Source of the DNA: a bacterium
GTDB lineage: Bacteria; Margulisbacteria; Marinamargulisbacteria; GCA-2716485; JAYNIM01
Direction: 5' to 3'
Length of the DNA stretch: 64,000 bases
NCBI GenBank assembly: GCA_038109055.1
Contig: JAYNIM010000001.1
Span: 89,527-153,526, forward strand
Shown: in pieces, positions 28,123-37,616 of the stretch
Position numbering within the stretch: position 1 is the first letter of the stretch
How the letters are laid out: the number at the start of each line of letters is the position of its first letter
Position numbers and translations under genes: made by a program
The notes under the pieces: generated by a model
The model's database searches: none
Told to the model about the DNA's origin: nothing
The model's input: only the letters and a program-made list of their open reading frames with translations

Positions 28123-29934
28123 ATGACAACAAAAGAAAAAACGGGTGCGGAAGAGATTATTTGGGATTTGTCAGATTTATTTCTATCTGAAACAGATCCT
28201 CAGATTGATCTTGTGTTTAAACAGATTCAGAAGGATGCGCAAAGTTTTTCAACTCAGTATAAAGACAAGGTGGCAACGTTAGATGCCTTGGCATTAAAAA
28301 CTGCTTATGAACAGTATGAGAGGATCAAAAAACCTTTATACAAGTTGTGTCAGTATGCGTCTTTACGTACGGCGATAGACAGTGCTGATGATACGCTTAA
28401 AGCGTTTGATTCTAAAGTGGATACTTTTGCCTCTGAGATGAGTAATGTGATGTTGTTTTTTGGTTTGGAGCTTTCGGCTCTTTCAAAAGACACTCAGCAA
28501 GCGTTATTAGATGATCCTGTTTTAGAGGATTTACGTTATGCCTTACAACGTTCTTTTTATTTGGGGCAATATGATTTGAGTGAAAAAGAGGAGCAGTTGA
28601 TTAATATTAAAGATTTGACGGGTGCTGATGCGATGGAAAAATTGTATGAACAGTTTACCTCTGATTTTTCTTTTGATATTGAGATTAAAGGTGAAATGAA
28701 AACCTTGAACGGGTCTCAATTACGAGCCTTGCGTCAAGATCCAGACCCAGATGTTAGGAAACGTGCTATGGAGTTGTTTTTTTCACGTTATAAGAGTCAT
28801 GGTCTTGTGTTTAGTCATCTGTATAACCATTTATTAAAAGATCATCATTTGGAAGGAAGTTTGCGTGGATATAAGACGCCTTTGGCTCAACGTGCTGAAG
28901 CGCAGGATTTGTCAGAATCCTTGATTAATACTTTAGAGTCTGTCACGACTAGCTCCTATCACTTGGTTCAGCGGTATTATCGTTTAAAATCGACTCTGTT
29001 GAATATGCCTTTAACATTGTCTGATATTTATGCGCCTTTGCCTCAGGCGATGAGTCAGTATTCGTATGAAGAATCTAAAAAAATTGTCTTAGATAGTTTT
29101 GAGGCCTTTGATCAGGATTTTTATCAGGGGGCTAAACTCATGTTTGATCAAAACCGTATTCATGCCCCTGTATTATCTGCGAAGCGCGGAGGTGCTTTTT
29201 GTTCGTCTTCAGTGCCCGAGGTTAATCCCTATGTAATGTTAAATTTTTTAGGACGAGCACGTGATGTATCTACTATGGCGCATGAATTAGGACATGCCAT
29301 TCATGATATCTTGGCTTCAAAGCAGCCATTGACCTATTATCATCCTATTTTACCGTTGGCAGAAACAGCGTCTGTTTTTTCAGAAATGTTGGTTACAGAT
29401 CGTTTGAAAAAACAGGAGACTGATCCTTTGGCCAAATGTAATTTGTTGTGTAATCAATTAGAAGATTGTTTTGCGACCAGTCATCGCCAAAATATGTTTT
29501 ATCGTTTTGAGCGTTATGCTCATGGTGAGATGGCGAAGGGGTTACTATCCTCTGAGCAATTATGTACTGCGTATAAGAACGAACTGGCGCTGATGTTTGG
29601 TGATACAGTGGCTGTCCCTGAAAGTTATCATTGGGAATGGGCAACGATTCCTCATATTTTTGTGTCTCCTTTTTATGTGTATGCCTATAATTTTGGGAAT
29701 TTATTGGTGATGGCCTTGTATCAATTATGGTTGGAACGAGGAGATACCTTTACTAGTCAAATTAAGGCTATATTAGCGGCGGGGTCTTCTGCGTCTCCAT
29801 TAGAGATCGCGCGCTTGGCGGAGGTGGACTTATCCCAAGCATCTTTTTGGAAAAAAAGTTTGGCCTATATCGAGCATGTTTTAGATGATTTAGAGGCCTT
29901 GATACAAGCGAATCCGGATCTTTGTCAGCGTTAG
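28123..29934 (+). CDS. pepF: oligoendopeptidase F (M3B family)
   Basis: HELGHAIHD zinc motif with the downstream E (LAETASVFSE). Family-typical length. Start set at ATG 28123 because AGGAG (28113-28117) precedes it; the track GTG at 28099 lies upstream of the SD. Confidence 0.88.
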   Translation: MTTKEKTGAEEIIWDLSDLFLSETDPQIDLVFKQIQKDAQSFSTQYKDKVATLDALALKTAYEQYERIKKPLYKLCQYASLRTAIDSADDTLKAFDSKVDTFASEMSNVMLFFGLELSALSKDTQQALLDDPVLEDLRYALQRSFYLGQYDLSEKEEQLINIKDLTGADAMEKLYEQFTSDFSFDIEIKGEMKTLNGSQLRALRQDPDPDVRKRAMELFFSRYKSHGLVFSHLYNHLLKDHHLEGSLRGYKTPLAQRAEAQDLSESLINTLESVTTSSYHLVQRYYRLKSTLLNMPLTLSDIYAPLPQAMSQYSYEESKKIVLDSFEAFDQDFYQGAKLMFDQNRIHAPVLSAKRGGAFCSSSVPEVNPYVMLNFLGRARDVSTMAHELGHAIHDILASKQPLTYYHPILPLAETASVFSEMLVTDRLKKQETDPLAKCNLLCNQLEDCFATSHRQNMFYRFERYAHGEMAKGLLSSEQLCTAYKNELALMFGDTVAVPESYHWEWATIPHIFVSPFYVYAYNFGNLLVMALYQLWLERGDTFTSQIKAILAAGSSASPLEIARLAEVDLSQASFWKKSLAYIEHVLDDLEALIQANPDLCQR

Positions 29935-29947
29935 TGGGTATAGTGAA

Positions 29948-31303
29948 ATGACGATTCAGAAGCAAAAGGATGCAGTATTAAAGGCTTTATCGGCAATTAT
30001 TGATCCTGATTTGAACCAGGATATTGTATCTTTGGGTTTTGTAAAGGATTTAGTTGTGACAGACAAGGGGGCAGTGTCTTTTGCTATCGAATTAACGACC
30101 CCTGCTTGTCCGGTGAAAGATGAGTTTAAAGCGGAGGCGCAGCGTTTGGTTGACGCTTTGGATTGGGTAACAGCTGTTTCAATCACGATGACGGCTCAGA
30201 CCCCTAAGGCCAGAGCGGATCAAATGAAGGGCTTTGCTAAGGTTGGAAGTATTATTGCAGTAGCGAGTTGCAAGGGTGGGGTAGGAAAATCAACCGTAGC
30301 CGTTAATTTGGCAGCGGCCTTATCTAAAAAAGGGGCGAAGGTAGGCCTTTTTGATGCTGATATTTATGGACCGAGTTTTTCAATGATGCTTCGTCTTGAT
30401 GATACCCAACCTAAATTGGAGGGGAAGTATTTACTGCCCTATGATTACGAAGGGATGAAGCTGATGTCTTTGTCATATTTAAAACAAGGAGCAGAGGATG
30501 ATGCGCCGGCTATCTTGCGTGGTCCGATGGTAAGTCAGTTGATCACACAATTATTGTCTCAGACAAAGTGGGGCGAATTGGATTATTTGATTTTAGATAT
30601 GCCGCCAGGAACGGGAGATATTCAGTTAACAATAGGACAATTATTGAAATTATCTGCCGCTGTGATGGTTACAACCCCTCAGATGGTGTCTATGATTGAT
30701 GTTGTTAAAGGGATTGAGATGTTTGATACCCTGAAGGTACCTACGATAGCAGCGGTTGAAAATATGAGTTTTATGAGAGTAGCTGGCAGTGATACGCCTA
30801 TACACCCTTTTGGACAGGGGGCATTGTATTCTTTACGTTCTCAATATGGTTTTGAAAATACAGTTGCATTGCCTGTATTAGAGCTTGTTTCTCAGGCGGG
30901 AGATTCTGGTCGACCTTTATTTTTTCAAGATCCAGATTCAGAGTTTTCAAGCTTGATTAAACGTTTGGCGGATCAAGTTGTGACAGAGTTAGCGAAACTT
31001 TTATATCATAAAATACCTTTACCCAAAATCGGTTATGCTGAGAAGCAGGGAGTTTTGTTTAAATATGAAGGGCGTGAAGGTTTTGCTATACCGGTTGATC
31101 GATTACGTGCTGCCTGTTGTTGTGCGCATTGTAAAGATGAATTAACTGGCAAACAACTTTATGATCCGTCCACAATGCCGGCAGATTTACATCCTTTAAG
31201 TATGAATCCTGTGGGTAATTATGCTTTGGGTGTTAATTGGAGTGATGGACATGCCTCTTTATATCCCTATAAGTCTGTGGAAGCATTGTTAGTCTCTCCA
31301 TAA
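29948..31303 (+). CDS. apbC: Mrp/ApbC/NBP35-family Fe-S cluster carrier ATPase with an N-terminal DUF59-like domain and a C-terminal DUF971-like domain
   Basis: N-terminal ALSAIIDPDLNQDIVSLGFV. Deviant Walker A ASCKGGVGKSTVAVNLA. DMPPGTGD. C-terminal CCCAHCKDELTGKQ...GNYALGVNWSDGH. Confidence 0.86.
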   Translation: MTIQKQKDAVLKALSAIIDPDLNQDIVSLGFVKDLVVTDKGAVSFAIELTTPACPVKDEFKAEAQRLVDALDWVTAVSITMTAQTPKARADQMKGFAKVGSIIAVASCKGGVGKSTVAVNLAAALSKKGAKVGLFDADIYGPSFSMMLRLDDTQPKLEGKYLLPYDYEGMKLMSLSYLKQGAEDDAPAILRGPMVSQLITQLLSQTKWGELDYLILDMPPGTGDIQLTIGQLLKLSAAVMVTTPQMVSMIDVVKGIEMFDTLKVPTIAAVENMSFMRVAGSDTPIHPFGQGALYSLRSQYGFENTVALPVLELVSQAGDSGRPLFFQDPDSEFSSLIKRLADQVVTELAKLLYHKIPLPKIGYAEKQGVLFKYEGREGFAIPVDRLRAACCCAHCKDELTGKQLYDPSTMPADLHPLSMNPVGNYALGVNWSDGHASLYPYKSVEALLVSP

Positions 31304-31307
31304 ATAG

Positions 31308-31338
31308 AGATCTTCAGGTGCTAAACACCTGAAGATCT
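31308..31338. terminator. perfect 13-bp hairpin between convergent genes (probable bidirectional terminator)
   Basis: agatcttcaggtg (31308-31320), loop ctaaa, cacctgaagatct (31326-31338). Begins 5 nt after the apbC stop. The flanking T/A runs are short. Confidence 0.65.
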
Positions 31339-31369
31339 TTATGGTTAGTTAATGATGTTGAGTATTACT

Positions 31370-31615
31370 CTAGGTATCAAAATGATTATATAGATATCCT
31401 AAGAAGTAAAATAATACAAAGCCTAGAATGAATCCATAAACCAAACCTAAAATTGCTCCCACAAAACTTACGGAATATACAGGGAATAAGCCTGCTAGTA
31501 TGTTGATATAGGCTAAGCCGTAGCCGGATATAACACCTAAAAGAGTAATAATAAATATAAAAACACCATACAGGACACCGCCTGCCATACCGAGTGACAT
31601 TGGGTTTAATTTCAT
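31370..31615 (-). CDS. small Gly/Tyr/Phe-rich integral membrane protein (81 aa, 2-3 TM)
   Basis: MKLNPMSLGMAGGVLYGVFIFIITLLG...GFVLFYFLGYLYNHFDT. Strong SD (GGGGGAAAGG) just upstream of the ATG. Its composition does not follow the local minus-strand bias. Confidence 0.6.
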   Translation of the reverse strand: MKLNPMSLGMAGGVLYGVFIFIITLLGVISGYGLAYINILAGLFPVYSVSFVGAILGLVYGFILGFVLFYFLGYLYNHFDT

Positions 31616-31720
31616 TACCTTTCCCCCTTAGATCAGTGTAGTTAAAGCTGACCTTATATTGTTATACCCATTTATTGCTCTAATTAAACATTTTTATTAT
31701 TTTGCTTGGTAAATGTGTGA

Positions 31721-32068
31721 TTAGTTTGAATTATATTGATGCCAAAATGACTGTGGATTGGATATATCTAATTCTTCATTGTTGGTATTTCTCGCATTTT
31801 TATTCATGTAATTTTCAGGTGGCTCGTTATAATAATAGTCATCAATATTTTCTTCTGTGATTTCGGGATGATCATAATCTCTACGTTCAGACTGTTCTTG
31901 ACTGTCATTGGGATACGTATTTATAGGTTCTTCAGCAATATTTTGCTGAATAAGGTCTTTATTGTTTTTTAAAATTTCTTCATCGTATACATTTTGTTGA
32001 AATTGAGCGACGCTAGATATATGGTTTAAGACGATTAGAATACAAATAAGAATAGCGATTTTTCCCAT
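31721..32068 (-). CDS. hypothetical acidic secreted protein (115 aa)
   Basis: Signal-like N-terminus MGKIAILICILIVLNHISSVAQ. Its start overlaps the pstS stop in a TAATG junction (32066-32070), suggesting translational coupling. Confidence 0.5.
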   Translation of the reverse strand: MGKIAILICILIVLNHISSVAQFQQNVYDEEILKNNKDLIQQNIAEEPINTYPNDSQEQSERRDYDHPEITEENIDDYYYNEPPENYMNKNARNTNNEELDISNPQSFWHQYNSN

Positions 32069-33087
32069 TATTTAATGGGTTTTTTATTATATGTCAGTGT
32101 TTCTAGTTGCTTAAGCGCATTTTTTCGTACATTCTTAGGTAATCTTTTGTAGCCGAGTAAGGTTTTTGTCTTTTCATCGTTGATTAACCATAGGAGTAGT
32201 TTTTTTAGCTCAATTGCTTCTTTTTTTGACATTTCTTTAGAGCTCAAGTTTTGTTTAAGTATAATCCAAGAAAAAGAGGTGATGGGGTAGGCGGTTGGTT
32301 GTTTTGCATTAGTAAGAATAAGTTTACTGTCCATGATGTCTTTATCTTCGAATGATTTTTCTAATGCGTCTCTTGTTGGTTTAATATAATTCCCATGGTT
32401 ATTTTTTATATTAGCTGTGTAGGTGTTCTGTTTTTTTGTGTAATCAAGTCCAACATAGGTGATGCCTCCCTGAATTTGGTGAAGTAGATCTATTGACTCT
32501 TGGCTGTCATTAGATCCTAACCCTACTGGAAAGTCGTGTTTTGCTTTTGTTCCCATTTGAGAGTTCCATTGTGAATCTGATTCACTAAGATAGTGTGAAA
32601 ATATAAACGTACTGCCACTATTATTTTTTCGATAGATAGGAATTATTTTTATATGAGGTAGATTTGTGTGAGGATTAATTTTTTTTATTAATGGATGATC
32701 CCAATAACGAATTTTACCTCTAAAAATTTTAGATAATAGCTCACTTGTTAAATTTAGTGTTGGAATATTCTCTAATTGATAGCAAATAGCAATCGCTGAA
32801 AAAGTAGAAGGGATCTGTAATATAGCGGTGTTTAAATGTTTTTGTAATGTTTTATTAATGATTAAATCTGAACCGGCAAAGTGTGTTTGATTGTTCTTTA
32901 GTGCTAAATAGCCTTGCCCTGACCCTATTCCTTTATAGTGTATTGTTACCTCAGAGTCGGGATAGTTTTTAAATAATTCGTTATAATAAATGGCCGGGTA
33001 AGTTGCCCCTTTTCCTATAATTCTGACACTACCATATGTGTGAATATTGATTATTAATAAAACCAAAAGGATTGCTTTTGTTCTCAT
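32068..33087 (-). CDS. pstS: periplasmic phosphate-binding protein PstS (minus-strand paralogue)
   Basis: Signal peptide. GKGATYPAIYYNELF...IHYKGIGSGQG, IPIYRKNNSGSTFIFSHYL, GGITYVGLDY. This is the PstS/PBP pattern. Confidence 0.8.
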   Translation of the reverse strand: MRTKAILLVLLIINIHTYGSVRIIGKGATYPAIYYNELFKNYPDSEVTIHYKGIGSGQGYLALKNNQTHFAGSDLIINKTLQKHLNTAILQIPSTFSAIAICYQLENIPTLNLTSELLSKIFRGKIRYWDHPLIKKINPHTNLPHIKIIPIYRKNNSGSTFIFSHYLSESDSQWNSQMGTKAKHDFPVGLGSNDSQESIDLLHQIQGGITYVGLDYTKKQNTYTANIKNNHGNYIKPTRDALEKSFEDKDIMDSKLILTNAKQPTAYPITSFSWIILKQNLSSKEMSKKEAIELKKLLLWLINDEKTKTLLGYKRLPKNVRKNALKQLETLTYNKKPIK

Positions 33088-33134
33088 TGTGGGATTCTAA
33101 CATTCTACGTTTATTGTTTCAATCTTAAACAACA

Positions 33135-33158
33135 AAACCTCATCTTTCGATGAGGTTT
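33135..33158 (-). terminator. 10-bp hairpin downstream of the porin gene
   Basis: aaacctcatc (33135-33144), loop tttc, gatgaggttt (33149-33158). On the minus strand it is followed by tgttgtttaa (T-rich). Confidence 0.5.
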
Positions 33159-33200
33159 ATGTTGTTAAGGTTTACTTAAACTTGGTGAGTTAAGTGAAAC

Positions 33201-34262
33201 TTAGAAATTTGTACGAAGACCAAAACGAATTGACTCTTCTTTACTTGCGTCTACTTTAGGATCTGATTCGTAGCTTTGGTAAACAAGATAGGCATTTGTT
33301 TTTTTCGTAAGGCCTGTTTCTGCAGCAACTTTGATTCCTTCATATGCTGAACCAGTAATAAAGGCTGTGTCATCTTCGAAAGAAAGTTTTGTGCTGGCAT
33401 CGTTTGGTGTTCCAAATGAATTTGCTTCTACTTTTCTAGATTCAATTCTAGCATTCCAGCTGCCTAAACCTTGTACTTTTTTGTCACCAACTACAACACC
33501 AATCGCTTGGCTTTTACCTTTTGTTGTAGCTTTTCCGTTTTCGTTCATTTCTGCATAAACACTTACGTTGTTTACACCTGGAGAAGCGAAGTCACCTTTA
33601 ATACCAAAAACGGTACTTTCTAGTTTGTTAGCTTCTGCAGCAGTGTCGCCGTCAAGTGTTTGGTAGATGGCAACATAACCTTCTGCTTTGATTGTGGGAG
33701 AAATTTCATAAGATACTTGTGGTTGGATACCGAAGAACTTTTCACCTTTAGTAGTGCTGCTGCCCACTGTTTGATATTCATCTAGTACACTGTAAGCAAC
33801 ATTTATTGAAAAATCAGCTTGAGGCGTGATTTTTGTTGTGTAGCTTCCACCAAGTATATCCAATTTCAAATCTGGATCGAATAAGACAGTGCTGTATGAA
33901 GTGAAAGGAAGTGCAGCGCGACCTAAAGTGACCTGTAGGCCAGGTGCTGCTTTCCATTCGATGTTTAATTCGTTTATGTTAACTGGTATTTGAGTTGTTT
34001 TTGTTGTGCTAGCCCAAGTTGATCTTCTATCACTTCCTGTGCCGATTTCGTAATTTACTTTGAATCCATCAGGTAAACGTTTGCTACCATTTAATTTTAG
34101 TGACTGCTGAATGCTTACTGTGCTGTCTAGGCTGCCTATTTTTAGGCTTGTAATTCGGGCTTCGTGCTCGCCGTTAAAGTTTAAAAAACCCGCTTGAGCT
34201 TGTGTGGATAACAATGCTGTTGCAAGTAATCCTAATAATATTTTTTTATTTTGTTTAATCAT
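33201..34262 (-). CDS. outer-membrane beta-barrel porin; the context suggests a phosphate-selective (OprO/P-like) role
   Basis: Signal peptide ending AQA. Alternating beta-strand pattern. C-terminal FGLRTNF with terminal Phe. Sits between pstS and the divergent pstCAB-phoU. Codon and base composition deviate from neighbouring minus-strand genes. Confidence 0.6.
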   Translation of the reverse strand: MIKQNKKILLGLLATALLSTQAQAGFLNFNGEHEARITSLKIGSLDSTVSIQQSLKLNGSKRLPDGFKVNYEIGTGSDRRSTWASTTKTTQIPVNINELNIEWKAAPGLQVTLGRAALPFTSYSTVLFDPDLKLDILGGSYTTKITPQADFSINVAYSVLDEYQTVGSSTTKGEKFFGIQPQVSYEISPTIKAEGYVAIYQTLDGDTAAEANKLESTVFGIKGDFASPGVNNVSVYAEMNENGKATTKGKSQAIGVVVGDKKVQGLGSWNARIESRKVEANSFGTPNDASTKLSFEDDTAFITGSAYEGIKVAAETGLTKKTNAYLVYQSYESDPKVDASKEESIRFGLRTNF

Positions 34263-34445
34263 TATTTCTCCTTGTTAGTTTGAAATAGGTTTTTTTCTCT
34301 GTACATCACCTCTTTGTGGATACTATTGTGCAATCATACACTATTTTGTTTTTTAAACAAAGTTTTAGATATTTACCGGCTACTGTGTATGTTGATTAAT
34401 GTTTTTTAATCTACTATATTTGGATTCAATTATGTACGGATCAAT

Positions 34446-35330
34446 TTGCTCATGCCACATCTGAAACAAGAAAAATTGTTTGCCTTCCTTATTAAAGGGT
34501 CTGCATATCTGGGTATTTTGATTTTATGTTTGTTTTTTGTTACCTTGTTTTACCAGTCTTGGCTTTCTTTAACGTCCATGGGTTTTTCTTTTTTTACCCG
34601 AGGTGTTTGGGACCCTCTTAACCAGCATTTTGGTTCACTCCCTTTTTTGTATGGTACCTTGCTGACGTCATTATTATCCATATTTTTGTCATTGCCAGTG
34701 GCTTTGGCAGTAGCGTTGTTTTTGGGGTATTTTGTTAAGACTGGTTTTATCCGTTTTTTATTTTCAACGATGATTGAACTTTTGGCGGGAATTCCGTCTG
34801 TTATTTATGGGTTTTGGGCCTTGTTTGTTTTAGTGCCCTTGGTTCGTCAATTAGCTTTCTTTTTAGATGCACCTCCTTTTGGCGTATCTTTATTGTCTGC
34901 GTCTTTGGTTCTTGCAATTATGATTATTCCTTATGCGGCTTCTTTTTCGAGAGAAGTTATTTCTTTGGTCCCTGCTGAGTTAAAGGAGGCGGCTATTTCC
35001 TTGGGGGCAACTAGATTTGAAGTTGTTCGTTATGTGATCTTTCCTTATGCTAAATCGGGTATTTTATCGGGTATTTTACTTTCATTTTCACGTGCTTTGG
35101 GCGAAACCATGGCGGTGACGATGGTCATTGGGAATGCGAATCGTATTGTTTTTTCCCTTTTTGAACCAGGTAATACTATTGCTAGTCTTATAGCGAATGA
35201 ATTTGCTGAAGCCACTAGTGATATGTATATTTCTGCGCTGATGCAGTTGGGATTTTTATTGTTGTTTGTGACGGTAGGGGTTAATTTCTTGGGTTTATTG
35301 TTGATTAAAAAATGGAAAGTTAAGTCATGA
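34446..35330 (+). CDS. pstC: phosphate ABC transporter permease PstC
   Basis: Six-TM permease with EAA-type loop EAAISLGATRFEVVRYVIFPYAKSGILSG. Start is TTG 34446 or ATG 34452. Confidence 0.88.
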   Translation: MLMPHLKQEKLFAFLIKGSAYLGILILCLFFVTLFYQSWLSLTSMGFSFFTRGVWDPLNQHFGSLPFLYGTLLTSLLSIFLSLPVALAVALFLGYFVKTGFIRFLFSTMIELLAGIPSVIYGFWALFVLVPLVRQLAFFLDAPPFGVSLLSASLVLAIMIIPYAASFSREVISLVPAELKEAAISLGATRFEVVRYVIFPYAKSGILSGILLSFSRALGETMAVTMVIGNANRIVFSLFEPGNTIASLIANEFAEATSDMYISALMQLGFLLLFVTVGVNFLGLLLIKKWKVKS

Positions 35331-36169
35331 AAGCTGGCTCTGAAGTTTCTGTTCGAAAAGCGTTTGATCTATGTTTTGTGGGGCTGGTTTATCTTTTTTC
35401 TTCTCTTATTTTTTTACCGTTGATTGCTATTTTTGTTTATATGGTTATGAAAGGCTTGCCTGCGCTTTCTTTTGATTTGTTGACTCATTTGCCACGTCCG
35501 GTTGGGAGTGAATATTCGGGGATTTCTAATGCGATTGTAGGATCATTGATATTGATCGCTATTGCCTCATTGATCGCTGTTCCGTTAGGAATTTTGATTG
35601 GAATACATTTATATGAATATAAACAAGCCCGTATGACGGATATTTTGCGTTTATGTATGGATGTGTTGCAAGGAGTTCCTTCTATTATAGTGGGTATTGT
35701 GGTGTATGTATGGGTTGTGTTGCCTTTAAATTCTTTTTCAGCTTTGTCTGGTGGAATTGCATTGGCCTTGATGATGCTCCCTGTGATAGCACGTAGTACC
35801 GAAGAAACCATGAATTTAATTTTACCTACGTATAAAGAAGCAGCTTTAGCTTTGGGCGTACCTTATTATACGGCTGTTTTTAAAGTGGTTTTACGTAGTG
35901 CGGGGAGTGGTGTGCTCACCGGGATTGTTTTGTCTGTTGCGCGTATTGCGGGTGAAACAGCTCCCTTGTTGTTTACTGCATTTGGTAACCAATTTATGTC
36001 TTATAATGTTTTTAAACCTATTTTGGCCTTACCTTTATTGATTTTTAATTATGCAACGAGTCCTTATGAAGAGTGGCAAGCGATTGCCTGGGGGGCAGCC
36101 TTGTTATTGATTTTGTTTATCTTTATGCTTAGTATTGGAGTAAAATTACTTAGTTATGAAAAAAAATAA
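35327..36169 (+). CDS. pstA: phosphate ABC transporter permease PstA
   Basis: 4-nt overlap with pstC. EAALALGVPYYTAVFKVVLRSAGSG, ARIAGETAPLLFTA. Confidence 0.88.
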   Translation: MKAGSEVSVRKAFDLCFVGLVYLFSSLIFLPLIAIFVYMVMKGLPALSFDLLTHLPRPVGSEYSGISNAIVGSLILIAIASLIAVPLGILIGIHLYEYKQARMTDILRLCMDVLQGVPSIIVGIVVYVWVVLPLNSFSALSGGIALALMMLPVIARSTEETMNLILPTYKEAALALGVPYYTAVFKVVLRSAGSGVLTGIVLSVARIAGETAPLLFTAFGNQFMSYNVFKPILALPLLIFNYATSPYEEWQAIAWGAALLLILFIFMLSIGVKLLSYEKK

Positions 36170-36923
36170 TCGTGTTATTTTAGATATACAACATTTAAGT
36201 GTTTCTATACATGGTCAGCCTATTTTGAAAGATATTTCCATGCAGGTTTTGGAAAATAAAGTGACGGCTATTATGGGGCCGTCAGGTTGTGGGAAAAGTA
36301 CGATGATTCGTTGTATTAATCGTATGGACTTGTTGACTGAGGGGATGCTTCGTCGGGGACTTGTAACTTTGGATGGGCGTTCGATTGATGAGATTGATCC
36401 TATTCTTTTGCGTCGTCAGGTTGGGATGGTATTTCAGAGGCCGAATCCCTTTCCAACTATGAGTATCTTTGAGAATGTCTTGGCTGCTTATTTATTAAAT
36501 GGTATTAAATTATCTGTTTCAGAGAAAGAGGAAATTGTTCAGGAATGTTTAGAGTCTGTCGGTTTGTGGGATGAGGTTAAAGACAATTTGAAACGCAAGG
36601 GAACATTTTTATCTGGAGGGCAACAACAGCGTTTGTGTATTGCTCGTTCCTTGGCTTGTAAACCTAAGGTGTTATTACTTGATGAACCTACCTCTGCTCT
36701 AGATCCTAAAGCAACCGCAAGGAATGAGCAGTTAATTAAAAAACTTAAAAATACAGTGACAATTTTATTGGTTACACATAACATTTCGCAGGCAGCACGT
36801 GTGTCGGATAGAACTGCCTTTTTATATTTAGGTGAGTTGGTTGAATATGATAAAACATCGATTATGTTTACCTCGCCTAAGGATCCTCGTACGGATCAAT
36901 ATTTAACAGGAAAATTTGGCTGA
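36156..36923 (+). CDS. pstB: phosphate ABC transporter ATP-binding protein PstB
   Basis: GPSGCGKST, VGMVFQRPNPFP.SIFENV, LSGGQQQRLCIARSLA, LLLDEPTSALDP, LVTHN. Confidence 0.92.
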   Translation: MKKNNRVILDIQHLSVSIHGQPILKDISMQVLENKVTAIMGPSGCGKSTMIRCINRMDLLTEGMLRRGLVTLDGRSIDEIDPILLRRQVGMVFQRPNPFPTMSIFENVLAAYLLNGIKLSVSEKEEIVQECLESVGLWDEVKDNLKRKGTFLSGGQQQRLCIARSLACKPKVLLLDEPTSALDPKATARNEQLIKKLKNTVTILLVTHNISQAARVSDRTAFLYLGELVEYDKTSIMFTSPKDPRTDQYLTGKFG

Positions 36924-36953
36924 TAACCTTGTTATATCATTTAAGGAGTGTAT

Positions 36954-37616
36954 ATGTTATTAGAAAAAGAACTTAAAAAACTAGAATCTAAATTATCCGT
37001 CCTAGCAGACGCTGTTGAAGAAAATTTTAGGCAGGCGATTCGTGCTATGCTTGATCATGATGTTCCTTTGGCGGATCGTGTCATTGCCAAAGATGCTGAA
37101 ATTGATCAGTTAGAAATTGAAGTTGAGGAAGAATGTTTGAAAGTTTTGGCCTTGTATCAGCCAGTGGCGATGGATTTACGTTTTATTATTGCTATTCTAA
37201 AAATTAACAATGATTTAGAGCGCATTGGGGATTTGTCTGAAAGTGTGGCGAAGAGAGCTAAAACGATTATGGTGTCTAAAGATACCTTTGAAAATACGGA
37301 TTATAATATGATGTTAGAAAAAGCTTTTGATATGTTCAAACAAAGTTTAACTGCTTTTTCATCTAAGGATGTTGCCATTTCTAGGAAGGTGATTGGTATG
37401 GATTTTGAAGTGAATGAGTACAGAGGGCGGCTTTTTTCAGAGCTTCGAGAGAGTATTGATCAACAGAATTTATCGGGTGACTTGACCTTGGCGCTGTTCT
37501 CTTTTGTTAATTGTGCTGAACGTATTGCGGATTTGTCTGTGAATATTGCCGAGGATACGATTTATTTGGTTGAAGGGAAAATTGTTCGACATAAAGACGT
37601 TGGTGTATTAGGTTAA
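36954..37616 (+). CDS. phoU: phosphate signalling complex protein PhoU
   Basis: Two PhoU repeats (DxxxD and ERIGD: INNDLERIGDLSE / NCAERIADLSVNIAED). Start set at ATG 36954, 5 nt after AAGGAG (36943-36948). Confidence 0.9.
   Translation: MLLEKELKKLESKLSVLADAVEENFRQAIRAMLDHDVPLADRVIAKDAEIDQLEIEVEEECLKVLALYQPVAMDLRFIIAILKINNDLERIGDLSESVAKRAKTIMVSKDTFENTDYNMMLEKAFDMFKQSLTAFSSKDVAISRKVIGMDFEVNEYRGRLFSELRESIDQQNLSGDLTLALFSFVNCAERIADLSVNIAEDTIYLVEGKIVRHKDVGVLG

Noticed and set aside
34263-34445. Pho-box-like direct repeats in the porin/pstC divergent spacer (cTTGTGgatactaTTGTGcaatc).
   Set aside because: The spacing of the TTGTG cores is 12 bp rather than the 11-bp Pho-box period, and the half-sites do not match CTGTCAT. 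Without a known PhoB motif for this organism the call would be guesswork.
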